A stretch of 64,000 bases of DNA, taken from assembly GCA_001244265.2 (NCBI GenBank), contig CDLV01000021.1:1-64000 (forward strand), written 5' to 3'. Below are positions 31,920 through 44,330 of the stretch, piece after piece; the first letter of the stretch is position 1, and each line of letters opens with the position of its first letter. The stretch comes from Microbotryum violaceum (lineage: Eukaryota). Both the position numbers and the translations under genes were made by a program. The notes beneath the pieces were generated by a model, which was not told the DNA's origin, made no database searches, and was given only the letters and a program-made list of their open reading frames with translations.

Positions 31920-34161
31920 TTGCATCGACCGCATGATCGTGGATTCCAGGTGAACCTGAATGGCAGCATTATTGCCAACAAGGGCTTCATCCGACAGTTT
32001 GGGACGGTCTTTACCAAGAGCGCCACCATGGGCACCATCACGACTTCTTTGAACCCCAAGTATGTCACCGTGTGAGGGGGGATGCAGTCCGTTGGTCAGG
32101 TGATCGGTCAGTTCTTGCTCCGAAAGGGCGGCAGAGGGCGGCACGGGTGCCTGGGGTCGGATGACTGGACGGAGCGACGGCAAACTCACTAGCGCTTGCC
32201 AAATGTACTAGGTGTGACCTCGTCGTCGTTCGTTTCCGATTATTTCGGTCGCAAGAATGCGCTTTACATCATCTGGGTCGTCATGTGCGCCAGCGTGATC
32301 GTCCAGTGCGTCGCGAAGAATTGGAGCCACTGGCTCGGCGCCAAAATTCTCGCGGGAGTTGGGTGAGTGACGAGCGACCGGCCACGGCCACATTTCGGAT
32401 TCGACGAGCCCGATACGATCGGTCTATCGACGTGAACGTCTGCTGAACCATTGTTCGGATTTTTCTCGCTCGCTATTCGACAGCGTTGGAGCGATGCAAG
32501 CAACACTGCCGCCCTACATCGCCGAGATCGCGCCGACGCAGCTCCGGGGAGCGCTGGTCAACGCCTACTCGTGAGTAGAGCTTTATGCGGTGCCGTCTTT
32601 TGCGCCGATCGCAATGGTTGAGTTGAGGGTGTCGCGTAGGGCTTTTTTTATTTCTTTGAAGCGCTTCGTTCGTCGTCGGACGACTCCTGGCCCCTACGGT
32701 TCTACAGCAAGAGAACAAGCGCCACCCTCATCTTCCGGCCGGCCATCTATTCGCAGTGGGCGTTCCTCGGCGTGCTAATCGTACTCTGGGCGATCATTCC
32801 CGAGTCGCCGTGGTGGCTCGCGGGGAAAGGCAACGAGGAGCGTGGCAAGGCCACTCTTCGTCGACTCAACGGATCTGTACCTGGTTATGACGTCAATGCC
32901 GAGTGGGATATCATGGAGGCGACGATCGAGCACGAGCGCATCGCCGCGGAGAAACTCAAGACTGGCTCCTTTGTCAACATCTTCTACAGCACGAACGGGT
33001 GACGTACGCTCATCGCATGCTGGCCTAAGTGCTGCCAGAAACTTACTGGTGTGCGTTCCAATCCTTGTTCAACATTCTTCCTTCGCGGCGCCGTATGGAT
33101 GCACCTGAACGACTCCAAGGAGGAGAGACGCGTATGCTGACCCCGTCTCCTCTGTGCACTCCTTTTTGATGTCTCGGTCTCGCGCCTCTCGCGTCGCGTC
33201 ACGCTCGTCGCCCTCAGCTCTCGCTTGTGAACTCGTACGCGACCTACTTCTTCTAGCTGGCCGGCAACAAGGACCCTTTCAGGGTGACCGTCATCCTCGC
33301 ATGCATCCAAATCGCTTCCGTCATCTTGGTCTCGCTGTACACTGGTGCGTTTCCTACGCCCCACTGCAAACCGACTCAACCCACCCCGGGCCCATTCCCC
33401 CAAACTTTCTTCTGTCTGGACGTGTGTGTTCTTACACACGGGCCGACAAAACGCCACCTGGGTCGGCTACGCTATCACCTCGCTGTCGGTCTTGGCGATT
33501 GGCATCATCGGCACGCAAGCCTACACCTCTGCGCCGCTCGGTTCGCTGTTGGTGAGTTCTCGCGCATTGAGGCCGCCGGTCGAGCGCCGTGTCCGTTCTG
33601 AACGTGCCTTGGTGCTGAGTACTGACATCAGCCTCCTTTCAACACTACTCCGCTCGATGATTCAGATCTTCTTCGCATGCTCCGCGGCGTCCGGTGCTAT
33701 CGGCTACGTGTACCTCGCTGAGATTCCGACGCAGCACTGGCGCGCCCGGACCGCCGGTTTCGGTGCCGCGGTCGGTGCCTGCTTCGGCGTGTGCTTCTCC
33801 TTCTCAGTGCCGATCATACTTAAGGGGGCGCCAAAATGGGGCGTCAGGACGGGCTTTTTCTTTGGTATCAGGGGCACGGTCTCCACAATCATCGCCTACT
33901 TCATCTTGCCAGAATGCGCTCAGTAAGTTGCGGCTCACATCTCGACCGGGATCCGTCGGTGATGCGCATCTACTGACGCCGGCGTCTCGAATGACTTTCT
34001 CTGTCTTTTCGCAGACGCACGACCGCCAAAATCGAGATGTTCGAGAGAAGGTCGCTCCTCGGGACTTTGCCAAGTTCGACACGGACGTGCAGAAGGCATG
34101 GCGCTCGGACCAAGTCGCTGCCGCTCGAGGCGAGAAAACCGAAGTCCGCCACGAGCAGTAA
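31920..34161 (+). pseudogene. MFS sugar porter (maltose/alpha-glucoside permease-like), probably 5'-truncated pseudogene
   Basis: GFQVNLNGSIIANKGFIRQFG, YIAEIAPTQLRG, IIPESPWWL, YLAEIPTQHWRART, ILPE motifs across GT-AG introns; in-frame TGA at 32073-32075 and 33000-33002; no N-terminal exon visible. Confidence 0.8.
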
Positions 34162-34303
34162 CGAGTCTTCATTGGGGTCGTCTTTCCTTTCCAGGACTCT
34201 CGGCAGGTGCGACCACCAACAACGGTGTTGTGCGGTTTTTGGTGCTTATGCGCTCGGTTTCGTCTGAAAGGTATGGGTACTACTACTTAGGTGTGTCCAA
34301 GTT

Positions 34304-34406
34304 TGTTGTGTGTATTCTCCGTGGGATCGTAGTAAACATCAATGTATTCACTATCAGAACTGTTAGTGTATATTCTCCGGGGGGTGGTAGTAAACAGCAA
34401 TGTATC
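34304..34406. repeat. Two imperfect ~58-bp tandem units in AT-richer intergenic DNA
   Basis: tgtattctccgtgggatcgtagtaaacatcaatgtat / tatattctccggggggtggtagtaaacagcaatgtat. Confidence 0.65.
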
Positions 34407-34656
34407 AGGTCCAAAGACTATAGCGCCATTCCACAGAGGGTTTTGCGTACACGACCGACGATTTTTAAGACGAGTTTTGACTTCTGGTCAGACAACCGAC
34501 GCAGACCGACGCGAGCGTGACTAAGCGTGACGAGTGCGTGACTTGCTCGCGCCAGGCACTGTACTGCCACGCAGACTTCGTGGAGCCGTGTAGCTCTCTG
34601 CCTCCGTCGACCAAGTCAGCTCTCCCGAAGTCCCCTCTTAACGTCGAGCCCGCCTC

Positions 34657-37600
34657 ATGGTCGGTTCTCGGATCAGATCCGCGCTGGTGCACTTTTCCCA
34701 TACGAGCCAACATACTCATCAGCCGTGTGTTGCCTCTGCCGCAGGGAGTGAATGGCCTGTGGTCGCTGCTGACTCCGGTCGCGCGGCCCGTTAATCTCGA
34801 TGCGCTTGAACGCAAGCGCCTTGCGATCGATGCCAGCATCTGGCTGTACCAGTTCCAGATGACCATGCGCGACAAGAAGTCTGGTGATGTGCTCAAGGGG
34901 GCCCACGTCAGTGAGTTCGAGCCGGCTCTCCGCTTGTTCACGGCTTCACCATGGCCCCGGCTGACTTCACCTCGATGACGTCGTGCACACTTGCGGTGTC
35001 GCAGTGGGAACGTTTCGACGCATCATGAAGCTCATCTACCACGGTATCCGTCCCGTGTTTGTCTTCGATGGGAAAGCGCCCATGCTCAAAATGCGAACGC
35101 TTGTATGTAGCTTTGCCCTCTGCCCGAGCGACTGCAATCGCGCCTTCCGAGAGGTCTAGCTCAGCCTCGGTGTCTCCTTCAGGATAATCGTCGCAAGCGC
35201 AAGCAAGGTGCAGGTCGCAACGCTGCCAAGACGGCACAGCTGTTGCTGTCTGCCCAGCTGAGAGCTGCGGCAGCTGGGGCTGCCCTTCAAAGGTTGGTCC
35301 TGTTCTCGGTGTTGGTGCTTTCTCTCCGTGTTCGGTGTTGGCTTCGCTGAGCGCGAACTTCGTTGTCCCGACAGGCGGGGCCCAGACGAGGATACATTGA
35401 AGGACACGAGCGCGGCATCGACATCCGGCAATGCCCGTACAGCGCAGAAACTCAGCTATGATCGTGACACGGGTGAACGGATCGATGAACACACGACCTA
35501 TTTGGAGGATCTTGAAGCCGGCATCGGTCCAAGTTCGAGTCGGCCCCCGCACACGCTACCCAAGACTCCGAGTCGTTCGGCAGGTCCTACAAAGAAGGAT
35601 CCCGCTTCGGCTCGCAAGAAACACGTCTTGCGCGATGAGTACGCCTTGCCCGAAATCGCAGGCTCGCTCGACTCTCGCATTAAACCAACCGACGTCCGAC
35701 TGGCGACGGAGGCCGAACAGCGCGAATTTCTCAACGAAATGAGGCCCGAATTCTTCGATTCTGCAGAGTTCGCCAGTCTTTCGACGCAGCTCAAGTACGA
35801 TATCATTGGCGAACAACGGCTCAAATCACGACAAGTCAATCACCGACGAGTTCAAGAGATGAAGACGCTTTCATCCGCTCTCGACTTCTCCCAGAGTCAG
35901 ATCGCAAATCTTGTTGTCCGCAATCAGTACACGCAAAAGCTATTTCAGGTCACGGACGAACTTGGACAAGCCGCGATTCAAATTCCAACGCGTATGGCGG
36001 GCGAGCGTAATCGAATGTACCAGTTGATCAAGCAGGACCCGAGCAAAGGCACGGGCTACGTGCTCGCTGTGCAGAATCCCGAGTTCACCAAGGATACCCC
36101 AATTGTAATCGACACCACTACTGACGAGAGCAGCGATGGCACCGATTCGGATGAGTTTGAAGAAATAGGAATAGCCAAATAGTTCGTCCGCGGCTCCTCC
36201 CCCGTCCAAGCGAGCACAGCTAATCCTTTTCGAACAGCCATCCCAAGCGATCCGACGTCAACGAGGTGACTCGGCAAGCCGAGGTTCTAGAGCTACTTTG
36301 TGCGAGGCACGAAATTAAGCGACCTCCAGTTGAGATCGATCCCTACCTTGATGTGGTCCCGGTCGAAGGAATCAAATCTTTATTTGGGCACGATCGGAAC
36401 CCACCTAGCCCAGTGCACTCGAGCCATTTGATCGACGAAGACGAGGGCATCCAAGCCGCCATCTACGAGTCGACACTGGCACCTCGGCATCTCGAATCCG
36501 CCGACTTCCCCGGAAGTCCCAAAGATGATCATTCCGCTCCGGCCCCGACTGTCGGCAAGTGTCCTAGTGTCAGCAAGCGTCCTACTGTCAGCAAGTGGCT
36601 TCCTCGGATCGACGATGACGGCGATAGCGATTCGGCCCACGACGCCGAAGATGGGCATACAGTCCAAGAGACTGCCCCCCGTCAAGTGATCTCAGCACGC
36701 AGCGAATCAACTGACTCTGATTATCTCGAGGAGGTAGAGATCATGCGCTCGTAAGTCGACATGCCGCGTCCTGCTTCCGTTGAATGCGTGCCTGATGTTG
36801 CTATCGGAATGTATACACAGGGACTTCATTTTTAAGAGCGAGAAAAAGCTCAACGCCTCCTCGGCCTCCGCGGGCTCTCGTAGATCCACTTCACCACTGC
36901 TGGCACCATCGCCCGTGGCCAGCGTGCCTCGCACTTCTCCACCGACTAGACCCACAGGTGAAACGTCGTCGCTTGTTTTGGACCCGACGGCTCCTGAATT
37001 CGTTTGGACGACGAACCCAGCGGCTACAAGGACGCCCAGCCCTTCGGTGCCAACAATTTCGACCAGAATATCGCAGGGTGACATTGAAGAGGAAGTTCAC
37101 TTGAACGAAACCGAAACGGACAGAGCACGCAATGGTGCTCCTTCATCCGAGAGAGATTCGACGCTCTCAGGCAGAGCCTTCGCCATTGTCGCGGGCAATT
37201 TGAACGCAACCACGGCGCCCGTGCTCGAAGCTTCAACACCGGGTAGGAATGATATGGGACTTCCTCAGGGCTCTTCGGTCTCCGAACATCCAGCGAATGT
37301 CTCACAGGCTGTGACGCCACCGCAACAGTACGACTCGGAAACCTCGGCCGAAGCGTTTCTAGAATGGGAAAGAAGTCCAACGCCCTCTCGCCTGGCGGCT
37401 GAAGCTGTTGAAGCCTCGGAATCCTCCCGAGCCAGTGAAACACCTCACCTTGAGCACAAGGTCAATGAGGACGAAGGCGTCAATGGTGATTCGAGCGGTG
37501 ATCGCTCTGACGATAACCACAATGAGGAAGGCGAGGTGATTGCGAGCCTTCGCCGCGAGCAAGCCCAATACGCAGACATACTCTCACAGCTCAAGAACCG

Positions 37601-39297
37601 ACGCATCGAGGACATGCACGATGAAGCCCAGGCCGACATTGCCTCGCTATCAGCGCAACGCAATGTCGACCAAAGGAATGCCGATGGGATCAGTCGGCAG
37701 ATGGAGAATGACATCAAAGTGGGTGCCACCGTGTACGGCCCTTCAAGAGGAAGCTGTACGCTGATTAACGACGCTCTGCCGCGACACGTGCAGGAGCTGC
37801 TCTCTCTGTTTGGTCTGCCTTTCGTTGATGCTCCTCAAGAGGCTGAAGCCGAGTGCGCGGACCTACTCTCGCGTAAACTTGTGGATGGCATCGTCACCGA
37901 TGACTCGGATGTGTTTCTTTTTGGAGGGGCGAGCATTTATCGCAACATGTTCAACGATGACAAGTTTATTGAGTGCTACCTTTTGGCCGACCTTGATCGT
38001 GAGCTCGGACTCGATCGCAAAAAGCTCGTCCGACTGGCGCATCTGCTGGGCAGCGATTACACCGAAGGTCTGCCCGGCGTGGGCCCAGTTCTGGGACGCG
38101 AACTGCTGGAAGAGTTCCCCGGCGATGACGGGCTTTCCGACTTCAAGGAGTGGTGGACGAAGGTCCAGAGCGGCAGAGATGGCCCCGAAGACACGTCTGA
38201 TGCTTGGAGACGCAAATTTGTACGTGTTCATCGCTTTCACGGCGCAAATCGCATTTGAATCCGCTTAACCTGCTCCCGAAATTGGTATGGACTCATGGCT
38301 CCTTGCAGAAAAAAGGACACAAGGATCTCGTTCTGGAAGAAAGCTGGCCCACCTCGGCAATCGTGAGTAGTGGGACGCTCTCACCCATAATTGGTATCCA
38401 CTGACGCCATTTGATTGTGTCCGCCCACAGGCCAAAGCCTATCTCGCCCCGGTCGTGAGCGGTGATGATGAGCCTTTCGAGTGGGGCTCGATCGATTTGG
38501 ATGGCATTAGGGCGTGAGCGTTTTTCATCGTGAAAATGGGTCCCACAGGGGAAGAATTTGCCCACACCTGCTCATGCCTCTACGACGTGCAGATTCCTTG
38601 CTCGCAATCTATCTTGGGGCCCTGAAAAGGTCAATGGCATCATGCTCCCTCTACTGAGTCGTCAGAAGGCGCGATCCGACGGTACTTTGAAGCGTCAAGG
38701 CTTCATCTCAGAATTGTGAGTGTCTTTGGCGCAAGTTCGATCCATTCTGTTCACTGTCAAATGAGTGAGTCGCTACGGTGCTTCCGGGTTCGCAGCTTCG
38801 ATGTCAGTGTCGGCACTGGCCCGCTCCAAAGGCAACACCGTCGCGGTTATGCGAGTTCTCGACTCCAATCCGTGCTTGATGTAAGCGGCGACATCCGAGA
38901 CCTTTGGTGCAACTCGGAATCGACCGGTACTAACCCTTGGATCCTCAATTTGCAGCAACACCGAGCCAAGACGCTGAAGAAGGATACCTCCAAGGTCAAA
39001 GCTGAGCCTGCAACCTCCACGTCAGAAATCCCGTCGTCCGCGACTCCGAACAAAATACCGAATCAGAGCGGTGCGCCAAGGAAGAAGCGCAAGACTCGAG
39101 CTGCCGGTGGTGCGCAGAGAAAAAAGCGCGCTCGCGAAGCGGCATTATTCCTCGATGATGATGCCGAGGATGCTGCGGATGAAAAAGCAGGAACGGGCCC
39201 TGTTGTCTCCAAACGCCGTTCGCGCCGTAAAGCGACCAAGACCCCGGCAGCGGAGATTGTTGATTCGGACGACGACAACGTTCAAGAGGCTGGGTAG
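34657..39297 (+). CDS. RAD2: XPG/Rad2 nucleotide-excision-repair endonuclease (multi-exon)
   Basis: N domain [32 protein letters not shown] domain [46 protein letters not shown]; basic C-terminus. Confidence 0.95.
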
Positions 39298-39363
39298 TCT
39301 GGCAGCGGCCGGCGGGAAGCCCACTTGCAAGCGACAGAATTAAAGGACACGTGCTGCATTATA

Positions 39364-40830
39364 TTACGGGAACACAGGTAGTTTTATTTGCCTAAGACCG
39401 ACACTAGCTTCTTCCAACACTCGCCGGCTTGCGGCGTCCATCGAATACGAGAGGGAGTACACCACCTCGATGACACCGCATTGCACAATCTTGACGGTGC
39501 ACCGAAGGCAGGGGCATCTGCGTACACAACCAACCGAGTTTGTCAGCTTCGATCCTCGGCTTTCCCAGTGAAGATACACTATACGATTGTCGATTCATTT
39601 TTGTTTTACCGCCTTGTTGCTGTATTACATGCTCAGAGCACTGGGGCGATCCGAGAGACTTACGTGTTGCAGTACAAAGTCGCGCCTTCGGTCCCGCCTC
39701 CACTGACTCTCTCGCGCCCTGCTTCGAGTAGTGCGTTCTCTTCCGCATGGAGACAAAGACACTCGTCGAGGCCTTCACCCATTCTAATGGACGTCAAAGA
39801 GGTGGAATTCGCGGTGTCGTGGTCGGCGTTGGTTGCAAGGACACGACCACTCGAGCCCGAGTTGCACCTCCCACACCCGCCATCATTGCAATTGCGCATG
39901 CCGCGCGGTGTACCGTTGTACCCCGTTGAGACGACCCTCTTTTCGCGCACCAACACGGCTCCAACCCTTCGCTTCATGCAATTCGATCGCAAGGACGCGA
40001 GCGAGGCGAGCAGCATGAAGTAAGGATCCCACGATGGGCGCAGGGCTTCCTGCAATTTCGGCAGCGATAGAGCGCGAAAAAACGGCGCAGGGTCCGAGTA
40101 CGGATTTTGGATGGTCAAGTTGGCGAGGGGAAGAAGATCAATGAGCGGGTCCGGTCGGTCCTCGTGCGAGTATTGGAGGGGTGCTGCAGCTCTCCGAGGG
40201 GACGGACTTGGAGAAGGTGGGGCGTCCGCGGAGGAGAAATGGGTCGGCGGTGGGGTCGACGATATCCGATCGAGGGCTTGTGCGACGACCAAAGCTGTAC
40301 GAGCATGGGCTGAGGTGTTGGGCGTCGTGGAAGCGGGCAGAGCACCATATGTCGAAATATCGTCCGATTCGACGAAGCTTTCGAGTGAGCCCGAGTTTAA
40401 GAGCGAACCATCCTCACGACTCTGAGAGCTGCGGTGAAGGGGGGTCGTTAGCCAGCAAATCGACCACAGATATGTTTCTCTGCGCCAAGAGAACTAACCT
40501 TTTCTTGGTTCGGGAATACCTGACGCTCAAGGGTGCCTCCACGGCGACGATCGCGACAAACGGCCTCTTGCTGAACTCGTGCAGCTTGACCGCATTCCTA
40601 AGGTCGGTGGTGACATAGTCGACCTTCCAGTACCTCGTCGCGTAGTCCAGGAACTCGGTCGACGAGTCGAAATGTAGATCTGAGTTGGAGGTGAAGTCGG
40701 AGCTGGATTCGGAGCTGGATTTGGTGGGGTCGCGAGGGAGATGAACGCGCGTGTACGAGTGCGTGTCGATAAGATGCTGCGCGAGCGTGTTCTTGCCCGA
40801 CTGGGACGCCCCGATCAGAATGATGAGCAT
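39364..40830 (-). CDS. DCD1: dCMP deaminase with N-terminal P-loop domain (multi-exon)
   Basis: GASQSGKNT; RPSWDPYFMLLASLASLRSNCMKRRVGAVLV..GYNGTP; CLHAEENA; CPCLRC. Confidence 0.95.
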
Positions 40831-41089
40831 CGACGTTGCGACTTTGTACAAGGGGCCTGTGAAGGAAACGAGAACGAAGCTGGCACTTCGCGCTCCCTTT
40901 CTTTCTCGAGAATCGGACGCGTCGAGGCGCGCGACAAGGCTAATATAATAGTAAAAAGGTCGTTCGGGAGAGTGACCGAACCGGTGAGCTCGCGTGGATT
41001 ACTAATCGCGATATTATTTATAGCCTGAGTCGCCTGTGCGTCTGCTTCTACCAACATCGCCATCCAAGCCACCTCCAAACTACCATACA

Positions 41090-42189
41090 ATGCCTCAACT
41101 CCTGTCCTTGTACCCTCTCACCTTGGAACAGCTCCCAACCCCCACTACGGCCGAGCTTTCCACGCCGGGCGCTCGGACGGCGCTCGATGACCTCATCGCC
41201 CAACTCACTCGGGAAGCCAAATCGCTCCTCTCGACCTTGACAGATCCAAGCAAACGTGACAGTTCGCCCGACCCCTCGGTGTGGAAGTCGGGCAAGACCT
41301 TTAACCAATTCACGATCCCAACGCATTCCTACTCTGCTCACGACCCGGCCGGTCTCGTCCCCGATCATGAAGGACGACGCTGGTTTGCAAGGATTTCGAA
41401 GCACCCGGGCGCGAATTATGACAAGGTGGGAAAGAGAATCGAGCACAGTGTTTGCGAACAGAAACTCACTTGACTCTTATCGCGTTTCTTTAGTGGCGAA
41501 GCGGCTTGCTTCTGGATCACTCCGAGAACGAAGTGCGCTACATCGAATTGTGCACCCAAGCCGAGCGACTGCACTCGATCGTGCCCAACAAACTCGAGGT
41601 GTGGACCACACAATGTGAGTCGCGACATTCAGCGCTTCATGTTCGTCTCTTTTCATCGGCGCTTCATATCTGTCTCCTTTAACTTCACTGAAGTCTCTTT
41701 GGCTTAAAAGACCACCTCGCCTTCCCGACCTCGAATCGTGATTTTACATTCGCGATCCTCACATCCGAGCAGGAAGCCGGGGCAGAATCCTCCGCTGCTC
41801 GTTCGTTCACAGTCGTGTCGGTCCCCTTCCATGCCCCCTCAAGATCCGGGTTCGTGAGGGCAAAGTACGTCTCGGTGGAGCACGTCATTCAGACGCAGGA
41901 TGGTGTGAAATGGGTGTGAGCTGCTTCCGAGATCCCATCCGACGAGTTCCAACAGCATCGTTTTCCTGACGAGACGTCTTTCCTTTTCTGCAGCATGGCC
42001 ACCGCAAGCGACGCAGCGGGTCTCGTTCCCAAGTTCATCAGCGACATGGCCATGTATGTTGTCTTACGAGAGCTCATCCGCATCCAGCCAACGCGACGTT
42101 CTGATCTCTGAACACTTTCGTGAATCACCAGGCCCAGCAAAATCGCCGAAGACGTGCCGTCGTTCCAGTCGTGGATCCTAAAGCAGTAA
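41090..42189 (+). CDS. Conserved fungal protein, DUF3074/START-like (multi-exon)
   Basis: WFARISKH, HSENEVRYI, FPTSNRDF, AKYVSVEHV, WxMATASDAAGLVPKF, KIAEDVPSFQSW. Confidence 0.75.
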
Positions 42190-42238
42190 TCGATGTAGGG
42201 CTGGGTATTATTACAATATTGTTGAAGCATACCCCACA

Positions 42239-43222
42239 TCATGTCGACCTCTTGATGACCTCGATCTTCAATCGGTGGCTTTGGTCCAACTCCTTGAACG
42301 CGACGACGCACTCGAATGAGCCCAATCGCTTGATACGGTTCTTCTCGATGCTGTTGCTCGTTTCACCCTCAACCTCCAACTGCACCGACGCGGCGGTCGA
42401 CTCGAGATTGATGCCCTTCGACCGCAACTCGGTGAGGATGTCAGCGGTCGTAACGGAGCCGAAGAGCGCGTCGCTGTCCTGATGTGTGAGACGGGTGAAT
42501 TCGAGCGTCGATATGTGCTTGAGCAAGTCGAACACGTTTTCTTCCCTCTGTAATAATGTCGGTTGTCGGTCCTGCGAACGCCGACACCGTGAAACGTAGC
42601 GAAAAGAACATCAGCCGTCATTCACTTTCGAGCTCGTTCGCAGCGCCTCCCGCTGTGCCTCCACTCACGACAATCTCATCCAACACGTTCGCAGCGTTCA
42701 ACAGGCTACTCTCCGTATCATCAGCCTTTGCCGGCTTGGCGCTACCCGACTTGATGATCGCGGCTTCCCTCCTGGTCTCGGATCGGATCATATCCTGTAC
42801 GGCCGAAGCCGGTCGGCCGTTGAGCACGAGTAAGGCTTGGCCTCGGCCGTAGAGGTGGCGAGCGAAACCACGGGAGACGGGGTGGCGTTCACCTGTGTTG
42901 CAGCGTCGGAAAAAATGAATGGAGGGGTGAGAATGGCAATTGGAAGGGAGCGGAGGGTTAGGCAAGCTCTCTAGACTAACCTCTCCGTCCAATCGACGGC
43001 ACGGTCGACAGCAACTCGATCTCGACCAACTTGTGCGCGAATCGCTGTAGGAGCGAGCAGAATAAGTTGGTCAGTGCCATCATTCTAAGTGGCTCGGACA
43101 GGAGGGGGAGCTGCAGCCCGTGGGAGCGCTCTTTCGCCCTTTCGCCCTTTCGCGAAACGCACCTTTTGCTCAAACTGACACCGGTTGCACACCGTCCTAG
43201 TTGCTCGTGAGAATAACGACAT
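42239..43222 (-). CDS. Mitochondrial ribosomal protein L9 (bL9m)-like (multi-exon)
   Basis: Arg-rich presequence MSLFSRATRTVC; VEIELLSTVPSIGRRGERHPVSRGFAR; C domain LFGSVTTADI..IKRLGSFECVV. Confidence 0.8.
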
Positions 43223-44330
43223 ACTGAAGTACCAAGCAGGGTGAGGTGCTGTGGTGCTGTGGTGCAGCTGGCTCGGATTGCCGGGTATGTTTAGAGAGAG
43301 AGAGCACGAGCGCCAACACTTGACCGCCGCGAGAGTTGGGGATCGTTTTCTTCGAGCTAATGCTAGCTAATGACTGCTAAAAGTTTAGCTTAGTCGCTGG
43401 CTCTTGGCGATTGGTCAGTGATTTGCACTTGGATCAACCTCACTATTGCGTACGCTGTATTGACACCGAAACCGTTGTCGGGGATTATCGTTGTTGCAGG
43501 AATTATACTCTGCTTTCCAGGTCGCGTGTATGGCAATGCCCGCCGCCCGCCATCATCGCCGCCGTCGCCGGGCGAGTGTTCAACTACCGCCGAGCGGCGA
43601 GAACGAGTCGTGCAGTGTGCACTCCGTGAGACATTTATTCGCACGCCGGCACTTCAGAATACCTACCACAAGTGCTTGGTCCGAGGACCCGGCGAACACG
43701 TGGAAGACAATATGTAGGCGCCTCGGGGCTCGGTCACCACTTGGGGCAAGGAGTCGCGGTTCTGACACCGCCTCGGTGCACGGCAATTTGGCTGAGTCGC
43801 CGGCAGCCTGAGCTCCTTTCCTTCACGGTAACCGCCGTACAGCCTCCACATACAGGCTTGGCACCCGAGTTGATCCAGCGTCCAATTTTCTTCTCGAACA
43901 GGGATGCTCTGAAGGGCGCTTGTTGCGTACGTGGGATCATGTGGAGCGGCACGGAGTTTCTTGATGAAACGGGCAGAACGGGCTCTTCAGACTCAAGGCC
44001 GGTTAGCCGCTGGCTGCCGCTGGATTTCTAAGGAGTACATAACCGTTGGGTGCCGGGTTTTTCTTTCTCCGGCTCGGCGTTTGCCAGGCAGCTCGCGCCC
44101 CTCGTGAGCGCCAGGGAAACATAAGCTTTTCCGGCAGCTTCTGAAATTCGCTGGCACCGCACGGCTCTGCATCGGTTAGTGAGCCATACTCTGGTTCTCT
44201 CTCCTATCCGAATTGCCGACTACTCAACTATCCTTGGTCTCAACTATCCTTGGTCTCTCTCCGTCGTTCACTTCCCTTTTCTTCCTGTTCGCATCATCTG
44301 CGACCTCATCGTTTCGTTAGTGCCGCAACC

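Noticed and set aside
32073-33002. Two TGA codons at Trp positions suggesting UGA=Trp recoding
   Set aside because: Neighbouring genes use TGG for Trp and TGA as stop; pseudogenisation is simpler
36180-36266. Apparent premature stop in RAD2
   Set aside because: An intron GTTCGT...GCTAAT...CAG splits the codon and restores the frame
43400-44100. Several 70-120 aa ORFs in the long intergenic region
   Set aside because: No recognisable motif, ATG start or splice pattern
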